From: Nitrospirota bacterium | Lineage (GTDB): Bacteria > Nitrospirota > UBA9217 | DNA length: 64,000 nucleotides | NCBI GenBank assembly: GCA_963840455.1 | Contig: CAWIYV010000009.1 | Coordinates: forward strand, 1 to 64,000 | Reading direction: 5' to 3' | In this document: positions 49,854 to 60,147 of the stretch, one piece after another | Layout: each line of letters starts with the position of its first letter | Position numbering within the stretch: the stretch's first letter is position 1 | Position numbers and translations under genes: made by a program | Notes under the pieces: model-generated | Told to the model about the DNA's origin: nothing | Databases searched by the model: none | What the model saw: the letters and a program-made list of their open reading frames with translations, nothing else

Positions 49854-50043
49854 CACAAGAAGACCTGGGAACGAGCGACCAAAGAGAAACCGACGTCATC
49901 CTTGGGGTCGTTGAACATACCCGGTCCAGGCTTTTCCATAAGAAAACGTTGAAAGAGCAATGCCATTTGACGTTTAAGGCGTTATGTGAGAAAATGGACA
50001 ACATATTTCGTGTTCCGGTGATAACCCCTCGAAGGGAACCAAC

Positions 50044-51168
50044 ATGGCCGGCATAGAAATCATTGTCGTGGAAGGAGGATCGGACCTCAAGGCTTTCATT
50101 GATCTGCCATGGAGGATCTATGCTCGGTACCCAAACTGGGTCCCTCCCCTTAAAAAGGAGGTTCGCCGGGTGCTGGACACCCGCAAGCATCCGTTCTGGG
50201 AGTTTTCCGAGCGCATCCTCTTTCTGGCACGACGCGGTTCGGAGACGGTGGGAAGGATCGCGGGCATTGTAGATCATCGTTATATCCAATGCCACAACGA
50301 AAAGATGGGCACGTGGGGATTCTTCGAATGTGCCGACGATCCGGAGGCCGCGGCAGCCCTCTTCTCTTCCGTTGAGACGTGGGTCCGCCAGAAGGGGATG
50401 GCCTTCCTGAGAGGCCCGCTCAGCCCGTCGATGAATAACGAGGCGGGGTTGCTCATCGAGGGTTTCGATTATCCGCCTGCTGTGTCGATGACGTACAATC
50501 CGCCGTATTACCTCAGGCTGATCGAATCGTACGGTTTCACCAAAGAGAAGGACCTGCTGGCCTTTCTGCTGGATGGCGGCGATTACCGGCTTCCTGATTG
50601 GATGGACCGTCTTGCCGAGCGGACCGCCCAAAAAAAAGGTGTCTACATCAGGCACGTTGATCCGAAGAATCGGGATGCCGAGTTCGCCCTGATCAGGGAG
50701 ATATACAATAACTCCTGGTCCGGCAACTGGGGTTTCGTCCCCCTGACGGAAAATGAGATGCGGGACATTCAAAAAAGTGTGAAGCCCTTCGCGGACCCGG
50801 ACCTGGTGTTCTTCATCTATTATGAGAATGAACCCGCGGCGGTCTGCGTGATCTTTCCTGACATCAACCCTTTGCTTAAACGCCTCAACGGCCGGATCGG
50901 CCTGCTGGGTCTGCTCAAGGCGCTCATCTATCAGCGTGAGATCAGGGGATTGCGGTTGTTGATGTTCGGGATAAAGGAGAAATATCGACAGCTGGGGTTC
51001 CCCCTGTTGGCATTCCGCCACATCTATAAGATTGCGCGGGAAAATAAGAACTATCAGCATCTGGAGATGGGCTGGACCCTGGAGGACAATGAGTCGATCA
51101 ACGCATTGATAGGGGAAGCCGGCGCAAGAATATACAAGAAATATCGCATATTCAGAAAGGCTTTATGA
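50044..51168 (+). CDS. double-GNAT N-acyltransferase, YghO/bacterial ceramide synthase (bCerS)-like
   Basis: FIDLPWRIY..WVPPL, VGRIAG, GFFEC, RGPLSPS, GLLIEGF, YNPPYY, NWGFVPL, GWTLEDN, KKYRIF. Confidence 0.75.
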   Translation: MAGIEIIVVEGGSDLKAFIDLPWRIYARYPNWVPPLKKEVRRVLDTRKHPFWEFSERILFLARRGSETVGRIAGIVDHRYIQCHNEKMGTWGFFECADDPEAAAALFSSVETWVRQKGMAFLRGPLSPSMNNEAGLLIEGFDYPPAVSMTYNPPYYLRLIESYGFTKEKDLLAFLLDGGDYRLPDWMDRLAERTAQKKGVYIRHVDPKNRDAEFALIREIYNNSWSGNWGFVPLTENEMRDIQKSVKPFADPDLVFFIYYENEPAAVCVIFPDINPLLKRLNGRIGLLGLLKALIYQREIRGLRLLMFGIKEKYRQLGFPLLAFRHIYKIARENKNYQHLEMGWTLEDNESINALIGEAGARIYKKYRIFRKAL

Positions 51169-51359
51169 TCTAACACCGGGTTCCCAAAATACCTCCAGGA
51201 TTCGACGCGACGGCACAGAGATCGAGCATGCACATGCGCAGGCCCTGTTCGACCCGGCAGACCGCCGGCATTCTGCTTGCGAGGAGCGATCTCGATCATC
51301 AGAATCAGGGATCCGAGAGCCGACCGTTCTGTCGACGACGGCCAAATGGGAAATACCGA

Positions 51360-52196
51360 ATGAATGGGAAAGCAACCGAACGAGAATATCGAGCGCCTAT
51401 CCTCGTCGTGGCGATATTCCTGGCAGGGGTCGCGGCCGGTTGCGCCCACCGGCTCCATGCTCCGATGCAACCCGATGGCTGGAGTGCCCAGCCTATTGTG
51501 AGCGTGTGCCGCTTTGCCCCCGATGCCGACCTGGATCCCGCCACCGGAGCGCCTGTGGGGGACGAGGGGTATTACCTGTATATCCTGACCGAAGCTGCCG
51601 ATTGGGACTTCAGCGATGGGGCGTCGCTGGTCCTCTCAATTTGGCTGCGACCGTGGGCGCATGGTTGGATCATCCTGGAAAGTCCCTGGGATCGTCTGGA
51701 ATTCGGCCACACCGGCGACTTCGGGCAGGAGGCACCGCGTTATCATGAGGAAGTGATGCAGAGGGGTCGGGGTGGGGATCCCAATCCTATCGCGTATTTG
51801 TGGCAGACGAGGTCCGATGGCCAATTCCAGGTCGGCAAACCCAATCGACCACCCACGTTCGTCTGGAGAATGCCGATTACCCGACGACGGCATCAGCTGA
51901 TCAAGGAATACGTGATGCAGCGGAAGTACGACCAGTTCGGCGTGAGGAGCAACAACTGCACCGATTTGGTGGTGGAGGCAGCGGCGCTGGCGGGCATCAA
52001 TCTGAACCACCGCATTCGCCTCACCATGCCGTCAGAAACGAAGTTCTTGGGTCGGACGCTGCGTGTCTGGACGGACCCGCAATACCGCATCCTGGAGTTC
52101 AGCACGCCCGAAGTTTTGGAGATGGATCTGCGCCAGCTTGCCCAGATAGGGATAGGGAGTGATGCCACCGAGTGGTACCTGGCGCTGCAGCACTGA
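51360..52196 (+). CDS. lipoprotein with putative permuted papain-like (His..NNC) catalytic domain
   Basis: Lipobox VAAG-C after hydrophobic stretch; WAHGWI and RSNNCTD motifs. Confidence 0.5.
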   Translation: MNGKATEREYRAPILVVAIFLAGVAAGCAHRLHAPMQPDGWSAQPIVSVCRFAPDADLDPATGAPVGDEGYYLYILTEAADWDFSDGASLVLSIWLRPWAHGWIILESPWDRLEFGHTGDFGQEAPRYHEEVMQRGRGGDPNPIAYLWQTRSDGQFQVGKPNRPPTFVWRMPITRRRHQLIKEYVMQRKYDQFGVRSNNCTDLVVEAAALAGINLNHRIRLTMPSETKFLGRTLRVWTDPQYRILEFSTPEVLEMDLRQLAQIGIGSDATEWYLALQH

Positions 52197-52269
52197 CGGT
52201 CGCGCGGATACCCGGCCGTATCGGGTGGGATTGGTCCAACCGGCGAATTGCTATTATTAAGGTGAGTGT

Positions 52270-55200
52270 ATGACGTTGAAGCAGAGGTCTGACATCGTGG
52301 GTGAGCAGCGGGTTCCCATCATCGCTTTCGTCTGGCGGCCTGAGGAGATCACCCCACCGGTGATCCACATGGCTCATCGAACGGGGAGCAGGGCCATCTT
52401 CGATCTTTCCCTGATGGGGGTGGAAGGGTTGCATGCTTCCCTGCGAAAGGCTGACCCTGCCGGCCACGTAAGAGATATCAAGATCCCTGCCTCTGCCTTG
52501 ATGGATCCATCTTTGGGGCGGTTCCTTCGGGAAACAGGGGTCCAAGACATCTGGGTAGAATGCCACCCCCGGTTTTTCGAGGAGGATACCGCCACCGTTC
52601 TCCGGAGATTGAGCGAATTGTCGGAAAACCACCGTTGCTTTCCGATCGTCGGGGACCTGGATCTCCTGACAGCGATCTTGAAGGATAGCCCGGGAATCGG
52701 GCGCATCGTCCTGAAAGGATGCGAGGCCTCCGGATTCGTGAGCGGTGAGACGACCCTGGTGCTCTATTCGGCGGCCAGGGAAATGCTGCGCACCTCCTCG
52801 AAGTCCCTGGACGTCCTCATCTGGGGAGGCGTCTCCACCCCTGAGGCGGCAGCGGCGTTCCTGTCCACCGGGGCTTCCGGGATCGTCTTCGAGAGCGTCC
52901 ATTGGCTGACGGACCTCGTTGTCATTGATGATCTTCAACGCCAGCGGCTCGCCAAACTCCGCATGGATTCTACCGATCTGGTCGGCCTGGACCTGCAGGT
53001 TCCCTGCCGTCTTTTCAACAAGGGAAACTCTCTTGCGGTCAATGAGATCAAAACGTTCGAGAACACGCTGTGCGGAGCGGAGATCGCGGACGAAAGCCGC
53101 CGTTCCTTCGTAAACCACGTGCTTGCCAAAGCACACCACCCGCTGAAGAGCGATTTTACCCAGGATGAGGTCATCCCTCTGGGTGTGGAGGCTGCCTTTG
53201 CCGCCTCGTTCGTAGAGCGTTTCGGGGCTGGAACCGAGCAGGCCGTGAAAGCTTTCACGGACGAGATCCGGAACGCATGCCGCTCGGCCGGGGTGAAAAA
53301 GGACTTCTTCGTGGACAGCCCTGTCGCCAGGGAGATGGGAACCCGCTATCCCTTTATTCAGGGCGCCATGTCCTCCATCACCGATGTCCCGGAGTTTGCC
53401 TCGAAGGTCGCTGCTGCCGGCGGGTTGCCGACCATCGCCCTTGGCCTGATGGACGCGGAGGCCCTTGACCGGAGGCTGGGACGTTTGCCGGAGACCATGG
53501 AAGGGCGACCGTATGCCGTGAATGTCGTCTCTTTGGCGGAGAACCCTTTCCGGGAGACGCATCTTGCCTGGATAAAAAAACACCGACCCCGTTTTGTGGT
53601 GATCGCAGGAGGCGACCTCTCCCCCGTAAGAGAATTATTAGAGCGCGGCATGGAGGTCATGTATATCGCTCCTGATGAGGCCCTGTTGAGGCTCGCCCTT
53701 GAAGCCGGCGTCCGGTACGTGGTCTGCGAGGGATATGAGGCCGGCGGCCACGTCGGGCGACAGAGCACGCTCACCCTTGCTCAGATCGTGCTGGATCTGA
53801 AACGGCGCAATCCATCCCTCTTCCACAACCGTCGCGTGATCCTTGCAGGGGGGATCTGCAATCGGGAGACCGCATTCATGGCCGCCATGCTCGGCGCGGA
53901 CGGCATCCAGATGGGCACTGCCTATCTGACCACCCGGGAGATCGTTGAAACGGGCGCCTTGACTGCGCTCTATCAGCGGATGATCGTGGAATCGTCTCCA
54001 GGGGGGACAGTCGTTTCCGGCCAGAACACCGGACTTCGGGTGCGATCCTTATGGACCCCGAGAGTGGCAGCTCTTTTATCCCTGGAGAGGGAGTTTGCAG
54101 CGGGCCACCAGGACGAGCGTTCCTTCCGGACGAGAATGGAGGAGGTGACCGCGGGGAGCCTCTTCACTGCGGCCCGGGGTCTGGACAGAACGGACGGAAC
54201 GCCTCTGAATGAGCGGGATTGCCTGGAGCGCGGGCAATTCATGAGCGGGGCCTGCGCCGGTCTCATGAGCAAGGTCCAGGATCTGCAGTCCTTTCATCGC
54301 GAGCTGGCCGAAGGCCCTCTGGTGCTGCACGGGGCAGCCCCATCCGCCGAGGCCGGGCATGGACCGACGCGAGTCGCCCCCCGGGGCGGCGCTCATGAAA
54401 GGATCGCCATCACGGGGATGAGCCTCCTGAACGCCCTGGGGAAGAGTCCGGAGGAAGTCTGGGCCGCAAGCCTGGCGATGAAGAGCGGGATCACCCTGGT
54501 TCCGTCTTCCCGATGGGATCATGGGCTTTTTTACGATCCCCAGCCGCACGTTCCGGACAAGACCTACTGCCAGGTGGGCGCCTTCCAGGATTATACTATC
54601 TCCCGTAATGATCTCGGGATCTCCCCCCAGGATTTTCGAAGCATGACCGAGGCCACAAAGATCACCCTGTGGCTGGCAGACAGGGCCATCCGGGCCTCGG
54701 GCATTTTGGAGTCGGACATCCCGCGCGAACGGATCGGGGTCCTCATCGCCCAGAACTCGGGAGAGGCGGCAGGGACCCTCAACAATACCATCATCAGGGC
54801 GTACATTCACGACATCCTTGCCGACATCAAGAAGGCCGTTCACGCCACGCCAGGTCAGTTGAACGCCATCGAAGAGGAGCTGAAGTCCGGACGCATGGCA
54901 CCGGATGACACCACGCTCCTCGGAAGACTCAACTGCGCTGCGGCAGGCTTCATCTGCAACCGGTATGGGTTCACGGGGCCGAGCTTTGCGGTCTCCGCTG
55001 CCTGCGCCACCTCGCTGGTCGCACTCCACAGCGCCGTCCAGATGATCCGAACCGGCATCATCGATGCTGCCATTGTCGGAGGGGGCGAGGAGAATCTCAC
55101 CCATCTGCATTTTCTGGAATTCTCCGCCCTGGGCGCGCTGTTCGGGATGTCCGGACAGGAAAGACCCGCTCGCGAGACATCCCGCCCCTTCGATGCCGAA

Positions 55201-58200
55201 CGGGACGGGATGGTGCTCGGCGAAGGCGGGGGAATGATCGTCATCGAACGGGAAGGCCTGGCCCGCGCACGGGGGGCGCTTGTCCACGCCGTCATCACCG
55301 GCATGGGAGCGAGCAACAACCATCTGGGCATGGTGGAGTCCTCCCATGTCAGCCAGGAGATGGCCATCCGGGCCTCGTTCCGGGGGATGCCCTACGGGCC
55401 CGATGCGGTGGACCTCGTGGAATGCCACGCCACGAGCACCCGGCAGGGAGATGTGGAGGAGATCCGCGCCCTGAAAGCAGTCTTCAATTCCTCCCGGCGA
55501 ACCGCGCTCACCTCATTCAAATCCCAGATCGGACACACCCTGGGCGCCTCAGGGATGAACAGCCTCATTCGGGGGGTCATGGCCATGAAGGCGGGGGTTT
55601 TCCCTCCCACCCTCAATTATCTGCATCCAGACCCGGAAATCGGCTTGAACGGATCGGGTCTCCACATTACCCCGGAGCCGATCGATTGGAAGGGCAGGGA
55701 CAACCAGCCAAGACGGCTTCAGGTCAACGCCTTCGGATTCGGAGGTTCCAACTACGTTGTGCAGGTGGAGCAGGCCATGGATGAAGTGGATACGGTCCTG
55801 GTCTCCGCGGGTGGGGGGGCCCGTCTCGCTGAGGAAAAGAGCGGTGCTTCACCGCCGCCCCAGGGCGTCTCCTTCTTCCGGACCCAGATGGGCCGCCGTA
55901 CCTTCCGGATGGCCGTTGTGTCGCAAACCGAGGAGGAAGCGCTGAATTTCATCGAGAGGTCAGCCTCTCTTGACGAAGCCGGAACCGTTTCACCCAAGGC
56001 GTTGCAGTCCCTGGCGCACCAGGGGATCTTCCTGGGCCCTGAAGATCAGCAGGCGCCACCGCTCGCTTTTGTGTTTCCCGGGCAGGGGTCACAGTATGCA
56101 GGAATGGGGCGGGATCTCTACGTGTCCTTTCCCGTCATCAAGGAGTGGATGGATCGGGCTGCGGCTGCAGCGGACTTCGACCTCCTTCACTTATTGTTCC
56201 ATGATCGGGAGGAAAATCTTCAGAAGACCCGGTGGCAGCAGCCTGCCATGTTCGCCGTTGAACACGCCATGGCTCGATACCTCATCACCCTTGGTATTCA
56301 CCCGGTGGCTATGGCCGGCCACAGTCTGGGCGAGCTGACCGCTTTGTGCCTGGCCGGCGTCTATTCCCTGGAGGACGGATTCCGGATCGTGAACAAGCGT
56401 GCCCTCTGCATGGACAAGGCCGCTGCCATGAACGTGGACCCCGGCGTCATGGCGGCCACGGACGCCCCTCTGGATCTGCTGAAGGAGCTGATCCGGGGAC
56501 GGGAGGATGTCCATATCAGCAATATCAATTCACCGAAGCAGGTCGTCCTGAGCGGCAACACGGAGGCGGTCAAAACTTTTGGAAACAGCCTCAAGGAAAG
56601 GGGATACCGGGCCACGCTGCTGCGGGTCAGCATGGCCTTCCACTCACCTATCATGAGGGTCATCCATGATGAGCTCTCGGCGTACGTTGCCACCATCCCA
56701 TTTTATTCCCCGCGCATTCCCGTCATCTCCAACACGACCATGGCGCCCTATCCGTCGGATCCCGGCGAGATCAGGCGGATCCTGATGGCCCACCTGGAAT
56801 CTCCCGTCCAGTGGATGAATAACGTCCAGACGCTTTGGAACGACTACGGTGTCCGGCTTTTTTTGGAGGCGGGCCCCGGCGACATTTTAAGCGGTCTCAT
56901 CGCAGACACACTGTCTGATCCGGCATGCGTGCAGACCTGCCTTCCCACCGCAGAGAGCCTGACCTACAAGACCGCCCTTGCTCAGCTCTTCGCCCAAGGG
57001 CATCTGAAGATTGCAGGAGAACCGAGGTTTGTTTCCCTCCCTGCGTTCAGGAAGGCTGCCGGATCTCACCCGGTCGCCCAAGCAGCGCCGTCACGACCGT
57101 CGGAGCCCGGGCTCGTCGGTTCCAATCCTGCGGAAAGGATCATTCAAAGAGAGATCAACCGCTTCGTGATGGAGAATTTCGGACGCTTCCTTAAGCCCAC
57201 TATCCTGGACGCCATCCGCCAGGAGCTTGATCCGACATTCCAGGAAGCCGATCTGGCATCCGTTGTGAAATCCATGCTCGGGAGTCCGGGGTACCCTGAA
57301 CGCCGGAAGGAGATCCCGGACGGACAGGTTTCCCCTGCCCCCGGCGAGGCGCCGGAACGCCGGGATCACCTGGAGGCGCTTATTCGCATCATCATGGATG
57401 CCACGGGATTCAACAGGGACGAGATCAAACCCGACATGGACCTCAGGAGGGACCTCTCCATCCGCTCCAGCCGCCTCCCCATAATCATGGATGCTGCGGA
57501 ACGGCAATTCGGGATCACGATAGAATTGGAGGATTTTATCCAGGTCCGTACCGTGAAGGACATCGCGGATAAGATCTCCGAGATAATCGCCAGGCAGGAA
57601 GGCACAAGCCAGCCGCCATCCACCACTGCTGTCGACGCAGGTCCGGCGCGGGATGAAATCCTGAAATCTCCCGAGAACGAGGCCAGTTTAAAGCGGCTCG
57701 TTTTCAACCACGTCACTGCAGATCTGGCGGCCTCCGTCCCTATGGAATTGAGCCCAGGCGAGTCAGTCCTTCTTCTCTCACCTGGGCAGGATGACGGGAC
57801 CGCCGGAAGCGCAGGGGACATCCTCCGGCGGGATTATGGGGCTCACACGGTTCCCCTGCACTTCATGCAGGGGAACCCGGGTTCGGGCGAAGAGTACCAC
57901 GACCTTCTGACCGATGAAGGGTCCACCAGCGCGTCAGAGAACATATCGGCCCTGACGTCCCTCGCCGGGATGGTCATCACCTTGCATCAAGGCGGGTCCG
58001 GAAGGTTACAAGGCATGGCAGAGGTCTCGCGGCTTCTCAGGGGGCTCTTTCTCCTCCTGAAGGCCTTCCTCCGATCACCGGTCAAGAAATTCGTCGTGCT
58101 GATCCATTCCCGGGAGGATACCGCAACTCCCGGCCGGCTGCTGGCAGAGGGGATGCTCGGACTGTTTCTCAGCGCAGCGCAGGAGCATTCATCGGTCCGG

Positions 58201-60099
58201 TTCCGCACCCTGGAAGTCGGACGGGATACCGACCTGCGCGCTGCCTTGCGCGGTGCTCTGGACGGAGGATACGCCGCGGTTGAGATGATCCATCGTGATG
58301 GAAGCGTCTACACCTCTGAGGGGCAGGTAAGCCCGTCGAACTTCAAGGACCTGTCGAGTCTGGATCTGAACCCGGGAGACGTTGTTGTCATGTCCGGGGG
58401 CGCAGCCGGGATTACCGCCCACCTGGCCCGCAGCCTTGTGCCCTTCGCACCCCGCCTGGTGCTTCTGGGGAGGACACCTGCGTCTTGCCCCGAAGAACAC
58501 AGGGCATCGGAGATCGCTCGGACCCTGGCTGATCTGCACGCTGCAGGGATCGAGGCAACGTACCATACCTGCGATGTGACCGATCCCGATGCGGTCCGCG
58601 CTCTCTTGGGCGAGGTGGCAAGCCGTTACGGCAGGATCGACGGGATCATTCACGGCGCCGGGGTCCTCAGGGACGGACCCCTCAGCCAAATGACGCCGGA
58701 TGATTTCTCCATGGTCACGGATGTAAAATTCCTCGGGGCCTGGAATCTCTTCTCGGCCGCAGAAGGGGCCGGCTTGAGGTTTTTCGTGGGCCTCTCCTCG
58801 GCGGCAGCGATCCAGGGGAATCCCGGTCAGGCCAATTACGCTGCCGCCAACCGGATGATGTCCGCGTTGCTCAGGACCCTCCGCCGTAAGAACGGCGCCA
58901 TCCGCTTCAAGGCGTTGATGCTTCCCCCTGTCGATGGAGCGGGCATGGCCGACGATCCGGAGGTCCGGGAGCTGCTGAGGCGGAAGGGCGTGGCGTACAT
59001 CCACGTCAATGAGCTTGCAGGGCTTTTCTGCCGGGAGCTCTTCACCGCCCGCGTGGACGATGATTGGGTGATGTTCATGCGGAGACTGCCATCCGTGAGG
59101 ACGTCACTGCTCAATGATACGATCCGTCCTTCGTTCGGTGGAGAACTGGAGGGAGGCACCGTGTCCTTCAGTCCCGAGGACTTCCCCATGATAGAAAGGG
59201 TCTCTTGCCTGGACCTCCGCCGGCAAGAACTGGAGGCCTTCAGATCCTTTTCCCGGGAAAAGGATCTGTGGATCGCGGATCACCGGCCCTTCAAGTTCGT
59301 CAAGCATCCTCTGGTCTCAGCCGCCATGGTCCTGGAGACATTCATGGAAGCCGCCCGGATCCTCTACCCCCACCTGCAGGTGCGTGGAGTCCGCCAGGTG
59401 CGGCTCATGGACATGATCCAATGTCCTCCCGGGGTTCCACGGCCTTCCCGGATATCCTGCCGCCGGGCCGGCACCGGCGCCGGTCTTCGGGAAGTGGTGT
59501 GCGAGGTCTCTCTGGCAACACAGGAGATCTCCCCCACCGGGAGATTGACCGACCGCTTCATCCCGCACTGCACGGGCCAAGTGATCCTCGATGGCGGGGG
59601 AGGAGATATCGGGGAGGGGCTCCCGGATTTTCCTGTCCGGATGGACGAACTGCGGACGAGGCCCATGGATCATAAAAAGGTGTTAAAATTTTACACAGAC
59701 CATAGCGGCCTCGAAGGCCGGTATCGCGTGATGGAGGCTCTTGACGGCGCAGGTCACGGGGTGGTGCGGGGCCGGACCGCCTACCGGGAGACAAGTGATT
59801 TCGCACATCTGCGGAACGCACGGTACCAATACTCTCCTTATCTGTTCGAGGCTCTTTTACAGCTGGTCGGCTTCCATATCGCTGCAATGGACCCATCGGA
59901 GCGACGATCTCTGATTCCCCTGGAGATCGGGGAGATGAGGTTCTTGCGAACATGCCGGGTGGGGGAACAGATAACCCTGGAGGCCCGAATGCGGGCGCAA
60001 GACGCGGAAGGCCTCGCCTGGGACGCCAGAGGGCTTGACGATCAAGGCCGCACCATCATGCAGGTCCATACGATGCGAATGCACTGGGTTTCGGACTGA
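52270..60099 (+). CDS. iterative type I PKS/FAS: (FabK-like')-FabK/PfaD-like ER-KS-AT-ACP-KR-DH
   Basis: ER: YPFIQGAM, EAGGHVG, LAGGI; KS: AACATS, ECHATST, KSQIGH; AT: FPGQGSQ, GHSLG, AFHS; ACP: DLSIRSS; KR: SGGAAGI, HGAG, GQANYAAAN; DH: WIADH..P, EALLQ. Confidence 0.9.
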   Translation: MTLKQRSDIVGEQRVPIIAFVWRPEEITPPVIHMAHRTGSRAIFDLSLMGVEGLHASLRKADPAGHVRDIKIPASALMDPSLGRFLRETGVQDIWVECHPRFFEEDTATVLRRLSELSENHRCFPIVGDLDLLTAILKDSPGIGRIVLKGCEASGFVSGETTLVLYSAAREMLRTSSKSLDVLIWGGVSTPEAAAAFLSTGASGIVFESVHWLTDLVVIDDLQRQRLAKLRMDSTDLVGLDLQVPCRLFNKGNSLAVNEIKTFENTLCGAEIADESRRSFVNHVLAKAHHPLKSDFTQDEVIPLGVEAAFAASFVERFGAGTEQAVKAFTDEIRNACRSAGVKKDFFVDSPVAREMGTRYPFIQGAMSSITDVPEFASKVAAAGGLPTIALGLMDAEALDRRLGRLPETMEGRPYAVNVVSLAENPFRETHLAWIKKHRPRFVVIAGGDLSPVRELLERGMEVMYIAPDEALLRLALEAGVRYVVCEGYEAGGHVGRQSTLTLAQIVLDLKRRNPSLFHNRRVILAGGICNRETAFMAAMLGADGIQMGTAYLTTREIVETGALTALYQRMIVESSPGGTVVSGQNTGLRVRSLWTPRVAALLSLEREFAAGHQDERSFRTRMEEVTAGSLFTAARGLDRTDGTPLNERDCLERGQFMSGACAGLMSKVQDLQSFHRELAEGPLVLHGAAPSAEAGHGPTRVAPRGGAHERIAITGMSLLNALGKSPEEVWAASLAMKSGITLVPSSRWDHGLFYDPQPHVPDKTYCQVGAFQDYTISRNDLGISPQDFRSMTEATKITLWLADRAIRASGILESDIPRERIGVLIAQNSGEAAGTLNNTIIRAYIHDILADIKKAVHATPGQLNAIEEELKSGRMAPDDTTLLGRLNCAAAGFICNRYGFTGPSFAVSAACATSLVALHSAVQMIRTGIIDAAIVGGGEENLTHLHFLEFSALGALFGMSGQERPARETSRPFDAERDGMVLGEGGGMIVIEREGLARARGALVHAVITGMGASNNHLGMVESSHVSQEMAIRASFRGMPYGPDAVDLVECHATSTRQGDVEEIRALKAVFNSSRRTALTSFKSQIGHTLGASGMNSLIRGVMAMKAGVFPPTLNYLHPDPEIGLNGSGLHITPEPIDWKGRDNQPRRLQVNAFGFGGSNYVVQVEQAMDEVDTVLVSAGGGARLAEEKSGASPPPQGVSFFRTQMGRRTFRMAVVSQTEEEALNFIERSASLDEAGTVSPKALQSLAHQGIFLGPEDQQAPPLAFVFPGQGSQYAGMGRDLYVSFPVIKEWMDRAAAAADFDLLHLLFHDREENLQKTRWQQPAMFAVEHAMARYLITLGIHPVAMAGHSLGELTALCLAGVYSLEDGFRIVNKRALCMDKAAAMNVDPGVMAATDAPLDLLKELIRGREDVHISNINSPKQVVLSGNTEAVKTFGNSLKERGYRATLLRVSMAFHSPIMRVIHDELSAYVATIPFYSPRIPVISNTTMAPYPSDPGEIRRILMAHLESPVQWMNNVQTLWNDYGVRLFLEAGPGDILSGLIADTLSDPACVQTCLPTAESLTYKTALAQLFAQGHLKIAGEPRFVSLPAFRKAAGSHPVAQAAPSRPSEPGLVGSNPAERIIQREINRFVMENFGRFLKPTILDAIRQELDPTFQEADLASVVKSMLGSPGYPERRKEIPDGQVSPAPGEAPERRDHLEALIRIIMDATGFNRDEIKPDMDLRRDLSIRSSRLPIIMDAAERQFGITIELEDFIQVRTVKDIADKISEIIARQEGTSQPPSTTAVDAGPARDEILKSPENEASLKRLVFNHVTADLAASVPMELSPGESVLLLSPGQDDGTAGSAGDILRRDYGAHTVPLHFMQGNPGSGEEYHDLLTDEGSTSASENISALTSLAGMVITLHQGGSGRLQGMAEVSRLLRGLFLLLKAFLRSPVKKFVVLIHSREDTATPGRLLAEGMLGLFLSAAQEHSSVRFRTLEVGRDTDLRAALRGALDGGYAAVEMIHRDGSVYTSEGQVSPSNFKDLSSLDLNPGDVVVMSGGAAGITAHLARSLVPFAPRLVLLGRTPASCPEEHRASEIARTLADLHAAGIEATYHTCDVTDPDAVRALLGEVASRYGRIDGIIHGAGVLRDGPLSQMTPDDFSMVTDVKFLGAWNLFSAAEGAGLRFFVGLSSAAAIQGNPGQANYAAANRMMSALLRTLRRKNGAIRFKALMLPPVDGAGMADDPEVRELLRRKGVAYIHVNELAGLFCRELFTARVDDDWVMFMRRLPSVRTSLLNDTIRPSFGGELEGGTVSFSPEDFPMIERVSCLDLRRQELEAFRSFSREKDLWIADHRPFKFVKHPLVSAAMVLETFMEAARILYPHLQVRGVRQVRLMDMIQCPPGVPRPSRISCRRAGTGAGLREVVCEVSLATQEISPTGRLTDRFIPHCTGQVILDGGGGDIGEGLPDFPVRMDELRTRPMDHKKVLKFYTDHSGLEGRYRVMEALDGAGHGVVRGRTAYRETSDFAHLRNARYQYSPYLFEALLQLVGFHIAAMDPSERRSLIPLEIGEMRFLRTCRVGEQITLEARMRAQDAEGLAWDARGLDDQGRTIMQVHTMRMHWVSD

Positions 60100-60147
60100 G
60101 CCTTGACGGTGGAGTAAGAACGCACCTCGGGCTCGGGAAAGAGGGGA

